A DNA stretch of 40,467 nucleotides from an uncultured Thiothrix sp. (GTDB lineage: Bacteria; Pseudomonadota; Gammaproteobacteria; Thiotrichales; Thiotrichaceae): positions 1 through 40,467 of the forward strand of contig CAZEQX010000002.1 of the NCBI GenBank assembly GCA_964514635.1, in the 5' to 3' direction. The notes beneath the pieces were generated by a model. The model was not told where the DNA came from and ran no database searches. It saw nothing but the letters and a program-made list of their open reading frames with translations. Below, piece after piece: positions 38,876-40,467 of the stretch; the stretch's first letter is position 1, and each line of letters opens with the position of its first letter. A program made the translations under genes and the position numbers.

Positions 38876-39807
38876 GTAACACGCTCCGCAATACGCATAA
38901 TCGCACTTCGCGAACGCACATTCGCTGCAACTTCCGTATCACTCGCACGCACCGCCTTACTGACTAAACGCATGGGGGGTTGAATCTGTGCTGGCATCAC
39001 GGGCAAACCCTTAGGCAATGCAGGTGGTGTAGACACTTCGCGCAAATAATGTTTTACGATACGGTCTTCCAACGAGTGGAAGCTAATCACCACCAAACGT
39101 CCACCAACCGCCAAACGGGCAACCGCTTGCTGTAAGCACTGTTCAACATCTTCCAACTCACGGTTTACTTTAATGCGAATCGCCTGAAAACTGCGGGTCG
39201 CGGGATGCTTTCCCACCTCTCGTTTGCGCACCACATCAGCAATCAAATCCGCCAATTGCAAAGTCGTCACCAACGGGGTTTGCCCACGCACTGCCACGAT
39301 TTTACGCGCAATTTGCCGTGAGAATTTCTCCTCACCATAACGCCACAAAACGTCTGCAATTTCCGTTTCGGAAGCACGCGCCAACCATTGCGCCGCGCTA
39401 TCACCTGCTGCTGTATTCATGCGCATATCCAAAGGACCATCACGCATGAAACTAAAGCCGCGTTCCGCGTCATCCAATTGTGGCGAAGAAACCCCCAAAT
39501 CCAACAGTAAACCATCCAGTTTACCCAAGTTTGCGGCGGCTAATGCCTCAGGAAATTCGCAAAAAGAACCGTGCCACACCTGCACGCGGGCATCCTGTGC
39601 GTATTGCGCACGCGCATGAGCAATCGCGGTTGGATCTTTGTCCGTGACGACGAGATGTCCCTGCATTCCCAACTGACCTAAAATCAATGCAGAATGACCA
39701 CCCCGCCCATAAGTACCATCGACGTAAACGCCAGAGGGCTGAATATTTAAAGCATCAACAGCCTCATGTAAGAGAACCGTGTCGTGTTTCCAGTCGTTTA
39801 TTGCCAT
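38872..39807 (-). CDS. rsmH: 16S rRNA m4C1402 methyltransferase
   Basis: [50 protein letters not shown]. Confidence 0.98.
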   Translation of the reverse strand: MAINDWKHDTVLLHEAVDALNIQPSGVYVDGTYGRGGHSALILGQLGMQGHLVVTDKDPTAIAHARAQYAQDARVQVWHGSFCEFPEALAAANLGKLDGLLLDLGVSSPQLDDAERGFSFMRDGPLDMRMNTAAGDSAAQWLARASETEIADVLWRYGEEKFSRQIARKIVAVRGQTPLVTTLQLADLIADVVRKREVGKHPATRSFQAIRIKVNRELEDVEQCLQQAVARLAVGGRLVVISFHSLEDRIVKHYLREVSTPPALPKGLPVMPAQIQPPMRLVSKAVRASDTEVAANVRSRSAIMRIAERVT

Positions 39808-40049
39808 TACAGGGAAACCTGATTGAGTAGATCATCGACTGCCTCATCTTCGTGCGCCGCCTGCAACCATGTCGCTCGCGCTATATTCCAAGTATCGGCA
39901 TCCCATAATTCGAGTTTGTTAATTTGCCCAGTTAATACCATTTGCTTATCTAAACCAGCGTAATCGCGCAAAGGGGCGGGTAATAACACTGCATCCAGCT
40001 CGACATTCGTCGCATGTCCTAACAGGCATTTATTGGGAAATTTTCCCAC
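39807..40049 (-). pseudogene. mraZ: 5'-truncated mraZ remnant (second SpoVT/AbrB repeat only)
   Basis: LLGHATNVELD..LLPAPLRDYAGLDKQMVLTGQINKLELWD matches the C-terminal half of MraZ. The N-terminal half is absent and the DxxGR motif is deleted. TAATG overlap with rsmH. Confidence 0.8.
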
Positions 40050-40070
40050 TTTTTCCTATTTTTTTCCACT
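40040..40070 (-). promoter_or_regulatory. MraZ operator: three GTGGG-like boxes with 10-bp period
   Basis: Minus strand GTGGAAAAAA-ATAGGAAAAA-GTGGGAAAAT just downstream of the -10, the same architecture as the E. coli Pmra repeats. Confidence 0.75.
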
Positions 40071-40078
40071 GCCATCGA

Positions 40079-40108
40079 AATATAGGCAGTGCAATAGGAT
40101 AGTGTCAA
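40079..40108 (-). promoter_or_regulatory. Pmra, sigma70 promoter of the dcw cluster
   Basis: Minus strand TTGACA-18 nt-TATATT directly upstream of the MraZ boxes. Confidence 0.75.
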
Positions 40109-40282
40109 TAAATTAAGCAATAAATAGCGTTATATGACAATTACTTAATCCTTTACCCTCTGCAAAATCACCGTTGAAGCATATTAATTTTCATTCAAAA
40201 CATTGGGGTAGGATCAAAAACAGTATTCTACGCTCGTATAAAACCATGCGATATTTTAATTTTAACGTCGTAGTAAAAGGAA

Positions 40283-40467
40283 AAGAGCTGATCTATAAGC
40301 CGGGTTCTGTCGTGGACAATCATTCATCTAGGATGTACGTCACCGTACACCTCAAGCAACCTACCCGGATACAGTGCGGGTCACACCATAGTATCCCTAT
40401 TTGGTCTTGCTTCAGACGGGGTTTGCCGTGCCGTCGACTGTTGCCAGCGACGCGGTGCGCTCTTACC
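40283..40467 (-). ncRNA. rnpB: RNase P RNA (type A), 3' portion; 5' part lies beyond the window
   Basis: Minus strand GGTAAGAGCGCACCG...GGCAAACCCCGTCTGAAGCAAGACCAAATAGG...CCGGGTAGGTTGCTTGAG...TAGATGAATGA...ACAGAACCCGGCTTATAG, conserved rnpB segments. Confidence 0.97.

Noticed and set aside
22463-39619. Numerous 60-200 aa overlapping ORFs within dcw genes
   Set aside because: Antisense or off-frame shadows of conserved genes with no recognisable motifs.
40110-40467. rnpB next to mraZ, and the AT-rich spacer between them, as unusual
   Set aside because: rnpB upstream of the dcw cluster is a familiar arrangement in several gammaproteobacteria; no mraZ 5' fragment or credible ORF was seen in the spacer.

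Overview
Core-genome window of a gammaproteobacterium. The gene order and protein style suggest a Thiothrix/Thiotrichaceae-like organism, but that is my impression and is not verified. Reading mostly on the minus strand from the right end: the 3' half of rnpB, a 5'-deleted mraZ remnant, the dcw cluster (rsmH-ftsL-ftsI-murE-murF-mraY-murD-ftsW-murG-murC-ddl-ftsQ-ftsA-ftsZ-lpxC), DUF721/dciA (+), an M23 peptidase, secA, argJ and a MutT-TenI fusion. A plus-strand block follows: ypjD/ccsA, a truncated corB/yfjD-like gene, radA, a degenerate DEAD-box protein and DUF465. Then come ffh, rpsP-rimM-trmD-rplS, a PAS-GGDEF-EAL protein and the 5' part of mpl. The most unusual element is a 4.3 kb block between ffh and rpsP, two genes that are normally neighbours. 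It holds three tandem paralogous small lipoproteins (Gln-rich N-terminus, variable Pro/His/Cys-rich middle, conserved ~30-aa C-terminus ending Y-Q-(Q)-K/R). These are followed by two exported proteins with papain/NlpC-P60-like Cys...PGD...His signatures: an unknown 415-aa protein and a DUF1287 lipoprotein. I propose this as a candidate, undescribed envelope cross-linking or tethering system; the function is inference only. Other oddities are a full-length but catalytically degenerate DEAD-box protein, a mraZ remnant fused to its own operator, and a CorB-like protein lacking its DUF21 membrane domain. No CRISPR array, tRNA, rRNA or mobile element was seen.
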